Of a stretch of DNA of 64,000 bases, positions 38,826-51,633 are shown in pieces (position 1 is the first letter of the stretch; each line of letters opens with the position of its first letter). The position numbers were made by a program, and so were the translations under genes. Origin of the DNA: Mobula hypostoma (lineage: Eukaryota); the NCBI RefSeq assembly GCF_963921235.1, contig NC_086097.1:91018001-91082000 (forward strand), written 5' to 3'. Below the pieces are notes generated by a model that saw only the letters and a program-made list of their open reading frames with translations, searched no databases and was not told the DNA's origin.

Positions 38826-39785
38826 GTGCTACAAAGTTGTGCCAAACATGTCCCTACCTTGGAAATTACTACGGTTACCCATAGCCCTCCATTTTTCTAA
38901 GCTCCATGTACCTATCCAAAAGTCTCTTAAAAGACTCTGTTGTATCCGCCTCCACCACCATTGCTGGCAGCCCGTTCCATGCACTCACCACTCTCTGAGT
39001 AAAAAACTCACCCCTGACATCTCCTCTGTACCTACTCCCAAGCACCTGAACCCTGTGCCCTCTTGTGGCAGCCATTTCAGCCCTGGGGAAAAGCCCCTGA
39101 CTATCCACACGATCAATGCCTCTCATCATCTTATACACCTCTATCAGGTCACCTCTATCCTCCGTCGCTCCAAGGAGAAAAGGCCAAGTTCACCCAACCT
39201 GTTTTCATAAGGCATGCTCGCCAATCCAGGCAACATTCTTGTAAATCTCCCCTGCACCCTTTCTATGGTATCCACATCCTTCCTGTAGTGAGGTGACCAG
39301 AACTGAGCACAGTACTCCAAATGGGGTCTGACCAGGGTCCTATATAGCTGCAACATTACCTCTCAGCTCCTAAATTCAATTCCACGATTGATGAAGGCCA
39401 ATACACCGTATGCCTTCTTAACCACAGAGTCAACCTGTGCAGCTGCTTTGAGCGTCCTATGGACTCGTACCTCAAAATCCCTCTGATCCTCCACATTGCC
39501 GAGAGTCTTACCATTAATACTATATTCTGCCATCATATTCGACTTACCAAAATGAACTACTTCACACTTATCCGAGTTGAACTCCATCTGCCACTTCTCA
39601 GCCCAGTTTTGCATCCTATCAATGTCCCCCTGCAACCTCTGACAGCCCTCTACACTATCCACAACACCCCCAACCTTTGTGTCAATAACCCATCCCACCA
39701 CTTCCTCATCCAGGTCATTTATAAAAATCATGAAGAGTAAGAGTCCCAGAACAGATTTCCAAGGCACACCACTGGTCACCGACCG
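38826..39785 (-). mobile_element. CR1 LINE 3' fragment
   Basis: ORFs 39363..39779, 39144..39356 and 38875..39138 encode the RT C-terminus. Confidence 0.95.
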
Positions 39786-40399
39786 AGGAAAAATTCAGAG
39801 GAATTTTTTTTTACACAGAGAGTGGTGAGTGGATGGGACACCCTGCCAGAGTAGGTGGTAGAGGTTGATACATTAGGAATATTTAAGACAGGCTGAGAGG
39901 CCTCAAGGTTGGTCAGTGGGACCAGATGTAACCAGATGTAACCAGATGTTGTGGTTGAAAGGAGAGTCATTTAAAGGGGATGATGAAACTGAGGGAGATG
40001 GATGTACTAGGCAGATTGTTGACCTTGGGGGATGCATATCCTGTTATTTCTCACAGGCAGTGCCACAAAAACAATCTCATGGCATCAACCCTTACCAGCA
40101 TTTCCAGGGAAATGAGGCTGTCATGTTACAAACATGAAAGTAAAGACTGGCTTCCTCATTGTATGTCAGTAATGGCCAGTCTATTTCCTGAGATTGGTTA
40201 CCAAAGTCTCTGCTCATATCAGAGATGGTGATTATGGTTGGAGAGGATTGGGTGGCTCAGGTATTTAGAATTTTAACCTCACGGTCCCACCTCACCAAAT
40301 TTTTGTGTACACTAGTTACTAAATCCCTCTCCAAGAATCCCAAAGAAGTGGTCCTGGACATTGCTAAATGGTTTGTTACAACTATTTAATCCTTTCTGA

Positions 40400-41300
40400 A
40401 TAAGACCATAAGGCCATAAAACCTAAGACCAGAATTAGGCTACTTAGACCATTGAATCTGATATGCCATTCAATCATGGCTGATTTATTTTCCCTCTCAA
40501 CTCCATCCTCCTGCCTTCTTCCCATAACCTTTGACACCCTCACTAATCAAGAACCTATCAAACTCCGCTTTAAATATACCCAATGACTTGGCCTCCACAG
40601 CTTTCTGCGGCAATGACTTCCACAGATTCACCACACCACTCTCTGGCTAAAGGAATTCCTCATCATCTCTAAAGGGATCTAAAGGGATATTCTTCTATTC
40701 TGAGACTGTGCCCTCTGGTCTTAGACTCCCCCCGCCCCCCCCCGCCACTCTAGGAAACATCCTCTCCACATCTACTCTATCTAGGCCCTAGGCCTTTCAG
40801 TATTCAATAGATTCCAATGAAATTCCTCCTCATTCTTCTAAACTCCAGTGGATACAGGCCCAGGGCTATCAAACACCCCTCATACATTAACCCTTCCATT
40901 CCCAGAATAATTCTCATGAATCTCTTCTTGTCCTTCCCCAACACCAGCACATCTGTCTCTTAGATAAGGGACCCAAAACTGCTCACAATACTCCAAGTGC
41001 GGTCTGACCAATACCTTATAAAGCTTCAGCATTACATCCTTGCTTTTATAGCCTAGTTCTCTTGAAATGAATGCTCACATTGCGTCTGCATTCCTTGCCA
41101 CCGACCCAACCTGTAAGTTAACACTAAGGGAATCCTGCACAAGGACTCCAATTTCCGTTGCACCTCTGATTTCTGAGTTTTCTCCCCATTTCGAAGGTAG
41201 TCTACATCCTTATTTCTTCTGCACAAAGTGCATGACCATACACTTCCCTGCACTGCATTCCATCAGCAACTGCTTTTCCCATTCTCTTAATCTGTCTATT
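40400..41300 (-). mobile_element. CR1 LINE 3' fragment
   Basis: TAAGACCATAAG tail; alignable to 5341-6200. Confidence 0.9.
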
Positions 41301-42219
41301 AACACTCAGCCTTCTCTTTTCCAGTGAGACTGTGTCCAATATTAATGATTGCTTCTCGTAATCTTAATCATGTTAATTGCTCTTTTCCAAATCCTTTCAG
41401 TAGCTACAGTATTATTTACACACAGGAATAGCAGATTGGCACACAGCAGTTTCTCCCCTTCATAGAAAATGTGAACTATCTTTCATGCTTGCCTTTCATT
41501 TCAAGTCTGTCTCACTACCCAGAATCATTATCGTCTACTCTCCTATATAAAGAAAGGATTTCCATTATCAGGATTGTTTGCTAACTGAAGCTCAGAATTG
41601 TTCTTTCAGAACCTTTTGCGGTGCCTACTCCACCAAGAGCAACAATTTCAGTTTCTAGTCAGTTTCATTTTCCATGCACGTATTCTTTCCATTTAAATTA
41701 TAGGACCCTCTGCACATTTTTCATCGCTCATTCTTTACAGTTTTGGAGACTGTCATCTTCAATGGTTTGCAACGTCAGCCACTCCAAACACGTGCTGAGA
41801 GTGTTAAATGAAGGAGACCCCTGAACATTCGCCAAGGATGAAGAAAATTTCTGTGTTTCAATCTCCCTCCACCATTGCGTGCCAGTTATAAAATATTCCA
41901 GCAATCCCTCTTTTTAAAAAAAAAATTCAGTTTCAGTGGTAGCCTTTCCAATTTGTAAGACCTTGCTGAAGTCCAAGTGCATTTCAAAGAATTAGATGGT
42001 CTCTTTTCACATCCTTTGATGTTGGTCATCCTTTCCTTGTAGAAGGGGGCAAAGAACTGTCTGGTCACATTAGTTGCCTGACTGTTGGTTATCACACTTT
42101 TCCCTATCCTACTTCAAGCACACTCAGTCTATCCATTAAGTCTATTTATTTCTTAATCTAGCAAATTATTTTTAGTGTTATTCTCCCCTCCCATTGCCAT
42201 TTTCAAACTAAAATCCTTT

Positions 42220-42670
42220 CAGAGTGGCACAGCCAGTGGAGCTGCTATCTTACAACCCTCAGAGACTTGGGAATGATCCAGACCTCTGGTGCTGTCTATG
42301 TGGAGTCTGCATGCTCTCCCTGTGACAGTGCAAGTTTGCCCAGGTAACCTGCTTTCCTCCCACATCCAAAGCAGGCTGGCAGGTTAATGAAGGGTCTCGC
42401 TCGAAACGTCAAATGTTTATTCCCATCCATAAATGCTGCCTGACCTGCTGAGCTCCTCCAGCACATTGTGTGTATTGCTCGAGGTTTCCAGCATCTGCAG
42501 TTCCTCTTGTGGCAGGTTACTTGGTTGCCCTGGATTACCTCTGGTAGCTGTGTGGTCGGAAAGTCAGAGTGGAGACATGAGAGAGAATGGACGGCAGAGA
42601 AATGAGTGGAGGAGAGGGTTGGTGTGAGATGATGGCATAGATATGATGGGCTGAGTAGCTTCCTTTCAAG
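42220..42670 (+). mobile_element. V-SINE/HE1-like SINE carrying a Penelope pLTR insert (42387-42509)
   Basis: SINE body GTGGAGTCTGCATGCTCTCCCTGTGAC...TTTCCTCCCACATCCAAAG. Insert flanked by TSD TGGCAGGTTA (42377-42386 and 42510-42519). Confidence 0.8.
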
Positions 42671-43244
42671 TCATAAGAAAATTTATAAGGTTATTTTATT
42701 TTTATACTTGCAGTGTGTCTTTTTGCATTAAATCTTCTTTTATTCTGTGCCATTTCCTTACATGGAGATTACAATTTTTAGCAATTAGCAACAAATGGAT
42801 TAGTATCACACTTTTAAACAAGTGTCAACTAATCCTCCATCTCCAGAATTTAAAATAAAACCTGCAAGGTGGTTTGCAGACATAGTTAATAGCTCAATCC
42901 AAGCAATTTTAGCAGCAATTTGGATACAATGTACATAAATTTCCTGAACTTCCTGGAATTTACCAGCGAGAGAAAGGAGGCAGTGGAATAATACTGGATT
43001 AGGTTGAAGATGAAACTGATAAATCTAACAACAAGTCTGCTGCCTCGCAGCTGAAATGTCTCTCTTAAATTTTGTGAAATTTAGAAAGCATTTTGCAGTT
43101 TGGTGCCCAACATTCTGGAGGTGACGTGTTTGTGAGCGGCACTTTTTGCTGGGCTCAGTGGGCTCTGGTGTCAGGGTGGATTGTGGTGCTAGACCTTGGA
43201 GCTGACAGGACAAGCAGCATGAAGGGGAGCAGCAGAGGTGTCAG

Positions 43245-43725
43245 GAACAGCAGCAGTCCAAACCAGACATACCTACAGTCCAGTCCAGGCACAGCAGCAG
43301 TCCAGACTGGACACACCTGTTGTCCAGACCGGACACACCTACAGTCCAAACTGGACACAGCAGCAGTCCAATTGGGACACACCTGCAGTCCAAACCGGAC
43401 ACACCTGCAGTCCAGTCTGGTCACACCTGTAGTCCAGTCCGGTCACACCTGTAGTCCAAGCCGGACACACCTGTAGTCCAATCTGGACACAGCAGCAGTC
43501 CAAATGGGGCATAGCAGCAGGCCAATTGGGACACACCTGCAGTCCAAACCGGACACACCTGCAGTCCGGTCCGGGCACACCTACAATCCAGGCCGGTCAC
43601 ACCTGCAGTCCAGTCCAGGCACACCTGCAGTCCAGTCTGGTAGCACCTGCAGTCCAGTCCGGGCACAGTAGCAGCCCAATCCAGACACAGCTGCAGTCTA
43701 ATCCGGACACACCCGCAGTTGTCTG
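43245..43725. repeat. 22-bp minisatellite (ACACCTGCAGTCCA-NNN-GGAC type), about 21 copies
   Basis: CAGTCC recurs every 22 bp; ORF peptides repeat with a 22-aa period. Confidence 0.92.
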
Positions 43726-43920
43726 GAAGGAGGGGTTAACGAGTGGAGAGAAGGGCACACTAGCCACTTGATGAGTCAGAACGAGGGCAGCCTTCCTTGT
43801 CATCTCAGTACAACAGAGTTGTGGGGCATCAGTGACAGTTGTCAGCAATTACTGGAATAAGATTCAAAGATTAATAAGAGATCCATAGAGTTATACAGCA
43901 CAAAACCGACACTTCTGTCC

Positions 43921-44560
43921 AACGCTCTGTCCACCAGAGAAAGCAGGATCTCCCAGTGGCCACACATTTTAATTCCACATCCCATTCCCATTCTGATATG
44001 TCTATCCACGGCCTCCTCTACTGTAAAGATGAAGCCACACTCAGGCTGGAGGAACAACACCTTATATTCCGTCTGGGTAGCCTCCAACCTGACGGCATGA
44101 ACATTGACCTCTCAAACTTCCGCTAATGCCCCACCTCCCCCTCATACACCATCCATTATTTATTTATATACACACATTCTTTCTCCCTCTCTCCTTTTTC
44201 TCCCTCTGTCCCTCTCACTATACCCCTTGCCCATCCTCTGGGTTTTTCCCCCCTCCCCCTTTTCCTTCTCCCTAGGCCTCCTGTCCCATGATCCTCTCAT
44301 ATCCCTATTGCCAATCAACTGTCCAGCTCCTGGCTCCATCCCTCCCCCTCCTGTCTTCTCCTATCATTTTGGATCTCCCCCTCCCCCTCCCACTTTCAAA
44401 TCTCTTACTAGCTGTTCTTTCAGTTAGTCCTGACGAAGGGTCTCAGCCCGAAATATCGACTCTACCTCTTCCTAGAGATGCTGCCTGGCCTGCTGAGTTT
44501 ACCAGCAACTTTGATGTGTGCCGCTTGAAATTCCAGCATCTGCAGAGTTCCTCGTGTTTG
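43921..44560 (+). mobile_element. Penelope-like element 3' end (end of GIY-YIG plus pLTR)
   Basis: Closely matches the reverse complement of 13424-14065. TSD CACTTCTGTCC at 43910-43920 and 44561-44571. Confidence 0.92.
44425..44461 (+). ncRNA. Minimal type I hammerhead ribozyme motif (second copy)
   Basis: TAGTC-CTGACGA-A-GGG-TCTCAG-CCC-GAAA-TA-TC-GACT; core intact, AUC triplet. Confidence 0.75.
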
Positions 44561-44660
44561 CACTTCTGTCCGACTGCCCAGACTGATCAAGATGTCTATC
44601 TAAGCTAGTCCAATTTGCCTGGATTTGGCCCACATTCCTCTAAACCTTTCATGTCCAAAT

Positions 44661-44919
44661 AACACACACAAAATGCTGGAGGAACTGATTCCTCCCCCTC
44701 CAAGTTTCACCTATCGCCAGGCATTTCTCTCTCCCTCCCCCCACCTTTCAAATCTGCTCCTCAGCTTTTTTTCTACAGTCCTGCCAAAGGGTTTCGGCCA
44801 GAAACGTCGACTGTACTTTTTTTTATAGAGGCTGCCTGGCCGGCCTGCTGAGTTCCTCCAGCATTTTGTGCATGTTGCTTGGATTTCCAGCGTCTGCAGA
44901 TTTTCTCTTGTTTGTGACC
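44661..44919 (+). mobile_element. Penelope pLTR mini-insert with a short 5' inversion and decayed hammerhead
   Basis: TSD TGTCCAAAT at 44652-44660 and 44920-44928. CACAAAATGCTGGAGGAACT is inverted relative to 44850-44870. Confidence 0.85.
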
Positions 44920-45394
44920 TGTCCAAATGTCTTTTAAATGTCTCAATTTTACCACTTCCTATGGCAGCTTATTCCATATACCCATCACTCTTTCTGTGTG
45001 AGAAAATTCCCCCTCAGGCCCCTTCTGAATCTTTCCTCTCTCACCTTACATCTGTGTCCTCTGATTTTTGACTCCCCTACCTTGGATAAAAGACTATGGC
45101 TATCAACCCTAGCAAAGCCCTACATAATTTTATAAAGCTCCATAAAGTTATCCCTCAAACTCCTGTGCTCCAGAGAAACTATTTCCAGGCTATTCGGCCT
45201 CTCCTTATGATTCAAGCCCTCCAGTCTAGTCAACAGCTTTTCTGCAAACCTCCCCTTGACCCTAGCTGTAAGGATCCCCACCTCCTTTAATAAATTTGTC
45301 TCAGTTTTCTTTCAGGGCTCAGCTGCTGACATTCATAGCTCTCTCCGTCACTCTGGTACAGCAGTAAACAAGGCAAGTGACTGAGAGGACAAGT

Positions 45395-46060
45395 CTATGA
45401 ACATAGGACACAGAATATATAACATAGAGCAGTAACACAGGAACAGGCTCTTTGGCCTGCAATATTGTTCAAACTAGTTCACTACTGATGTCTAATGACA
45501 CTAACTCCTTCTGCTTGCTAATGGTCCATATCCGTCCATTCTTTCCAGACTCGTGTGCCTATCTGACAGCCTCTTAAAGATCACTATTTTAACTGCTTCC
45601 ACCACCACCCTGACCAGTGCTTTCTAAACATCCACCATGCCCTGTTCAAACTCTTACCCTCTTACCTTAAATGCCCTGAGAAAAAGATACCAGCTTTGCA
45701 CTCCATCTGTGCCCCTCATAATTTTATAAACCTCTGTCGGGTCTCCCTCAGACTCACCCACTCCAGAGAAACAGCTCTAGTTTGTCCAACCTGTCCTTAC
45801 GGCACATGCCCTGTAATCCTGGTAAACCTCTTCTGCACCTTCTCCCAGACTTCCAGCTCCTTTCTGTAATGGGATGGATGTAATATTCCAGAGATGGGCT
45901 AACTGGAGTTTGTTTAAAGCTGCAACATAACTTTATGGCTCTTGCATTCAGTGCCTCGATAAATTAAGGCAACCATGTCATACATCTTCTTTACCACCCC
46001 ATCAGCTTGTGTGGCCACTTTCAGGGAGCTATAGACTTGGACCTTAATATCACTCTACAT
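45395..46060 (-). mobile_element. Old CR1 3' fragment
   Basis: GAACATAG-type tail and a body alignable to other CR1 copies. Confidence 0.7.
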
Positions 46061-46902
46061 CTATTGTAATGAAGTGCTTTTAGAGGCTTGCCATGGCTCA
46101 AATTACCTTCTGCCTCAGCAAGGACCTGCGCCCACTTCAATTTGCCTATCGCCATCATAGATCTTTAGCAGATGCTATCTCGCCGTCTCCCCACTCTACT
46201 CTTGAGCATTTGGACAACTGAAGTACATATATCAGGATGCTGTTTATCTCCTCAATGTCATCTCCTCAAAACTTATTATCATGTTCCAAGACCCATGCTC
46301 TATACCTTCCTCAAGGATGCATTTGGGTCCTTGACTTCCTCAGTGAGAGACCAGAATCAGTGTAGACCGAAACCTTACCTGTTTGTCACCGACTATCAAC
46401 ACAGGTGTGCTCAGGGTTGTGTTCAGCCTTCTGTTCGGTCTCTGCTCTACTCTCTCTATAGCTACAACTATGTGGCTAATCACAAAATATGAAATCTCGA
46501 ACAGTACAGCACAAAAACAACCCATTCAGCCCACAGTCCTGTGATTAATTAAATGTCTAAGCATACTAATCCCTTCTTTTCACACAATAACTATATACTA
46601 CTTGATAACTACTTGATTGTCTGCAAATTCACACACCAAAGAGCCTCTTTAAACACCTCCATCATAATACTTGCTTCTTCTACAAGGCCTGGCAGTGCAT
46701 TCCAGGCACCCACCACTCTTTGTAAACGAACTTGTCCAGCACATCTCCTTTGAAATGATCCTCTCTCACTTTGCATATAGCCACCTAAAGAGCATTACTT
46801 CAACACCATCTTCAAGTTTACAGGTGCCACCACTGTTGTTGGAAGAATCAAGGATTATGACAAGGAGAATTAGGTCAGCTGGTTCAGTGGTGTTTTACCA
46901 AT

Positions 46903-47560
46903 AAGGTTCGTCCATCATCATCGATGAAGACCTCGACACCATTAGTACTTTTTACGAGGTCGAGTTGCTAGCTCGACACTCAACCCGGCACGGATGGAAA
47001 GCGTGCCTGAGAGTGGCCTGACTGGATTCGAACTCGGGAACCTTCGCCCCGGAGGCCGGCGTTGATGTCATTGCGCCACCAGCCGGCTTGATGGTGCCAA
47101 GACTAGCGCTTGATTTGGATTTAAGTGAGGGAGAGTTGCGCAGTGTCAGCCTCACTCTCTCTTCCCAATTCCCATCTGGATCCAGTGGCAAGACAAGAGT
47201 CGAGACGGCTGCAGATGGGACTAGGCACAGTGGATGACCAAGGCGTCCTCTGTGTCGAGTCCTGTTCTACACGTTCCACGACGCTTGCAGAGACCGCCTT
47301 CTTGACCGTTGGACCTTCCATTGGTCTTGTCCGCTCCATCCGCCAGAGTCTGTCTTTACATGCTGGGATAGACAACTCCCTATCTCACCGAGTGTTTGAG
47401 ACCCGTCGGCTACCCTCACCTGGTTTACCCAGCTTGTTGAAGCCGTCGCCCGGGGTGTGGACGCTGTCGCATGCAAACAGCTACGGGGAGCCACAGGTGA
47501 GAGCTGAGTGCCAGGTGGGGACCAAAGGTGGACTAACCGCCTTGAAAGGGACGCGACATA
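46903..47560 (-). mobile_element. Young CpG-rich non-autonomous element, probably RTE-derived
   Basis: Interrupts the Rex/Babar RT, non-coding, and ends in a hairpin plus GAT-repeat tail on the minus strand. Family assignment is tentative. Confidence 0.55.
46945..47088 (-). mobile_element. Short tRNA-derived SINE
   Basis: Minus strand reads GCCGGCTGGTGGCGCAATGA (A box)...GAGTTCGAATCC (B box)...hairpin GTCGAGCTAGCAACTCGAC, then CTCGTAAAAA. Confidence 0.8.
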
Positions 47561-49666
47561 GCCTTGCAGTCAAAGTCAGCAAAACTGATTGTGGACTTTA
47601 GGAAGGGAAAGCAGGAAAATCCAGCTCCATTCCTTATTGAAGGGTCTTTAGTGCAAAAGCTGAGCAGCTTCAAGTCCCTGGGTGCCAATATCTCAGAGGA
47701 TCTCTCTTACACCCAGCGCATAGATGCAACCACAAAGAAGGTATGGCAGCGTCTCTATTTCCTTTGCATTTTAAGGAGAGTTGGCCTGTCATCCGCTATG
47801 GATGTACAGTGGGAGGCATTCTGGCTTGTTGCATCGTGGCCTGGTATGGGAACTACAATGCACAGAAACACGAGCGGTTACTGGCACTGCTGGACTCAGC
47901 CAGTTCTATAGTGGATGCAGCTCTCTCCACCATCAAGGGCACCTACAGGAGATGGTGTCTCAGGAAGGAAATATCCATCATCAAGGCCCTCACCATCCAA
48001 GGCATGGCTCTCTCCTCATGGCTGCTGTTGGGCAGGAGGTGCAGAAGCCTGAGGACCCACACCTCAAGGTTCAACAATAGCTTCTTTCCCATTGCCATCA
48101 GTTGCTTGAAGCAACCTTACAAACCCAAACACTACCGTGGACAACATTTCTCATAACTTGCACTAAGTTCATTGTGTTTATTCTGTCATCTCTCTCCTGG
48201 GCTGCCCCTTCAAAAGGCTAATTTTCATGGCATTTATACACTGAAAAATAACAGTGTGCCCTGGAAAATAACTCGAACTTGAGCATCAGTGCCCTTAATC
48301 TTGCCATTAACTGTGTACTTTCCCATTACATTTCACTTGCCAAACTTAACAAATCCCATCAGGATGAGGGAGTGTTCATTTCTGCAGCTCAGGCTGGCTG
48401 CCCGTAGGTACGAGGTGTCTCCGAGTGGGCTGGTGGCTCTCATGCCTCCACAAGAGTGCAGCTGGTCTGGACCCACAGGACGAACCTGCGACCCCCGTGT
48501 GAACACAGGACTCCCAAGCCGTTGCCATGATGGCAATGACATGCCTCAGCCTAGCCTCCATCTTCACACCCAGAAATGACCCACAGCCGGCAGCCAGAGA
48601 CAGGGATATTCCTGTTAAAGGAGCAGATACTGGTCGGTGAAACAGCGTGGAGCAGTAGTGGTGTGGCCATAGGTTTCTTGATGGTGCAGAGTCAGTCTGA
48701 CCTCTCTTGAGGAGGAAACTCTGTTGTCCTTCTGCATAGCCCACTTGATGGTTGAGGTTCTTGTGGGGGACTAAACACATGAGTAGAAATTGCCAAGGGT
48801 TAAGATAATCATTTTGCACACAATTAATTTTCACTCACTGCTGAATTCAAGCTCACATTAACGACTGCTGTGTACAGTGAGGAGAACCAAAATTGGATTC
48901 TGTCACCAGGTAGTGGCGACACACCGTCATCCTACCTCCAAACGCACCTCCAGTTATTCTGTCTGTCCGTGGTGTTCTGTGAGTGTGCCCGGGTGTGTTG
49001 AATCACGATTATAACAGGTTGCAGCACGGAAAAGAGCCTGTGGTGATCACTGAGCCCAGACTTCCACACTCAGCTTTTACCCCAAGCCTATGTAGAGTAA
49101 GATTCTTCAAGCGCTCAGCTATGTATCTTTGAGTGTTTATATCATAGTTTTGGCATTTATTATTTGCAGGATCTTTTGAGGCAGACGGTCCATGTTAGAT
49201 AGTGAACCTGTGTTTGTTGCAAGACAGCAAATAGGAGTCTGTATTTGTTGCTGTTATTGGGGGGTATGTTCTAAAGTTATGGTGTCCTCCAGCATGGAAA
49301 AAGGCCCTTTGGTCTAACTGATCCATGGTGACGAAGATGCCATTCTAAGCTAGTCCCATTTGCCTGCACGTGGCCCAGATCTGTATGTCACGGTGTTCGC
49401 TGACAGACAACTGAACCCAGGTGTGGAGGATGACTTATTCCCATGTTGAGACTGAAACAAGAGCTTATTCATAGGAATTCCATCAGAAAATTGGTGTCTC
49501 GTCCGAGTAACACCACAAGGACCCACACAAGGACTCCACGATCTGCACTAATCAGAAGTCTGCTTTAAATAAGCGCAGTATGCTAAAAGCCCGTGCCAGT
49601 CAAAATAGACTAAACAGAAGCACAGAAGCTTAACAACTCTAGATAAGACAACAATTAACAAACATA

Positions 49667-51633
49667 AAGTTTGTGAACCCTGTAGAATTTTCTCCATTTC
49701 TGCATAAATATGACCTAAAATTTGATCAGATCTTCATATAAGTCCTAAAACTAGATAAAGAGAACCCAATTAAATAAATAACACAAAAACGTTATACTTG
49801 ATCATTTGTTTATTGAGAAAAATGATCCAATATTACATGTATTTGGTGGAAAAAGTATTAAAATCTTTGTTTTCAGTAACTGGTATGATCCCTTGTTCTG
49901 CAAAAATTTCAGCCAAGCATTTCTGGTAACTGTTGATTAATCCTGCACATTGGCTTGGAGAAATTTTAGGCCATTCTTCCTTACAAAACTGCTTCAACTC
50001 TAGGATGTTGGTGGACTTCCTTGTATGAGCTGCTTGCTTCAGGTCCTTCCACAACATTTCTATAGGATTAAGGTCAGGACTTTGACTTGGCCATTCCAAA
50101 ACACAATTTTTCTTCCTTATAAACCATTCTGTTGTTGATTTACTCATGGTTTTCAGATCAATGTCTTGTTGCATTATCCAGCTTCTATTAAGCTTCAGGT
50201 GATGGACTGCTACCCTGACATTATCCTGTAAAATGTATTGATACGATTTTGAATTCATTGTTCACTCAACGATCAAGGCCCTGAGGCAGCTACCCCAAAC
50301 CATGGTGCTCTTTCCACCATGCTTCACAGTTGGGATGAGGTTTTGGTGTTGGTGTGCAGTTCCCTTTTCCCTCCAAACATAGAAATGTGCATTTCTGCCA
50401 AGAAGTTCAACTTTTGTCTCATCTGTCCACTGAACATTGTCCCAGAAGTATTGTAGAACATCCAGGTGGTCTTTTGCAAACTTGAGACGTGCAGCAATAT
50501 TTTTTTGGAGAGCAATGGTTTCCTTTGTGGTGTCCTTCCATGAACACCATTCTTTTTCATGGTGGTTTTTCTTATAGTGGAAAGGTGAACAGAGACTTCA
50601 GCAAGTTCCAGTGATTTCCTTGGGTTCTTTTTCATCTCCTTCAGCACTGCACATTGTACTCTTGGTGTGATCTTTGCAGGACACCCACTTCTAGGGAGAA
50701 TAGCAGCAGTACAGTTTCCTCCATTTGCAGATATTTTCTCTTACTGTGGACTGATGAACACTCAGGTCTTTAGAAATGCTCTTGTAGCCTTTTCCAGCTT
50801 CATGCATCTGTACAATTCTTCTTCGAAGGTCCTCTGAAAGTTGTTTTGATTGAAGCATCATGCACATATTCTTGAGAAGAGCAGGCTCCATCAGTAAACT
50901 GACTTTGTGTGTCTTTTTTATAGGGCAGGGCACCTCTACAACCCATACCTCCAATCTCATTTCATTGATTGGAATACCTGACTCCAAAAAGCTTTTGCAG
51001 AAGGCATTACCCCAGAAGTTCACATACTTTTTCCAACAATTGCATGTAATATTGGATCATTTTTCTCAGGATGATGGTCTTCGTCCTGAAGAAGTGGCCC
51101 ACAGAGTGAGTATGCCTGTGCGTGTATTTGTTTAAGATGTACTTGACGTTGCACTCCAAGAAACACACGATACTTCACAAATCAAGCAATTGATTCCAGT
51201 GGCATGGAATCCACGACGATTGGAGCTGATGGATTTGTTGCAGCCTTCATCCGCCGTCACAGCCATTGAGTTCGAAGTAACTTCATCTGCCTGTTCCACC
51301 GCTGAGGTCTTGGTTGGATTGTTCTTTGTCAGGGATCTCACCCTCGACCTTACCGCCATGAGTGACCCTACCAGGAGCATAGTTCCAGACGGCATTGCTC
51401 TCGGGATCACAGAACCACACAAGCTTCTCCACCACGACAAGGTGACAATCCATGGAGAAGCATTTTTCTCAATAAATAAATGAACAAGTGTAATGTTTTT
51501 GGTGTTATTTATTTTATTGGGTTCTCTTTAACTAGCTTTAGGACTTATGTAAAGATCTGATCACATTTTCAAGTAGTACTTATGCAGAAATAAAGAAAAT
51601 TCTGCAAGATTCATGAACGTTCCAGCACCACTA
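49667..51633 (-). mobile_element. Tc1 (DD34E) DNA transposon with long TIRs and a frameshifted transposase; left end clipped
   Basis: ORFs 50691..51023 (SEDLRRRIV...GKGYKSISKDL), 50324..50647 and 49833..50258 (QQD...WPSQSPDLNPIE, with 34 residues between D and E). ~200-bp inverted ends. Confidence 0.95.
51069..51460 (-). mobile_element. Non-autonomous retroposon (RTE-like) inserted in the Tc1 TIR
   Basis: Flanked by CATTTTT(T)CTCA duplication at ~51058-51068 and 51461-51471; removing it restores TIR symmetry. Strand is tentative. Confidence 0.7.

Larger units (their letters stand above)
43880..45245 (-). mobile_element. Old CR1 3' end hosting two Penelope-derived inserts
   Basis: The CATAGAGTTATACAGCAC tail resumes after 44561 and again after 44920. 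Confidence 0.7.
46060..48285 (+). mobile_element. Fragmented Rex1/Babar-like LINE (RT to 3' UTR) with nested inserts
   Basis: MKCF...PLQFAYR at ~46069-46152, LIVDFRK at 47564, and LLGRRCRSLRTHTSRFNNSFFP in 47743..48156. A CR1 tail is inserted at ~46490-46770. Confidence 0.8.

Noticed and set aside
43093..43848. Cys/Gln-rich repetitive ORFs
   Set aside because: Translations of a 22-bp minisatellite on both strands.
46990..47088. Functional tRNA gene
   Set aside because: A and B boxes are present, but there is no full cloverleaf and the sequence continues into a SINE body and tail. The same applies to 63300-63372.
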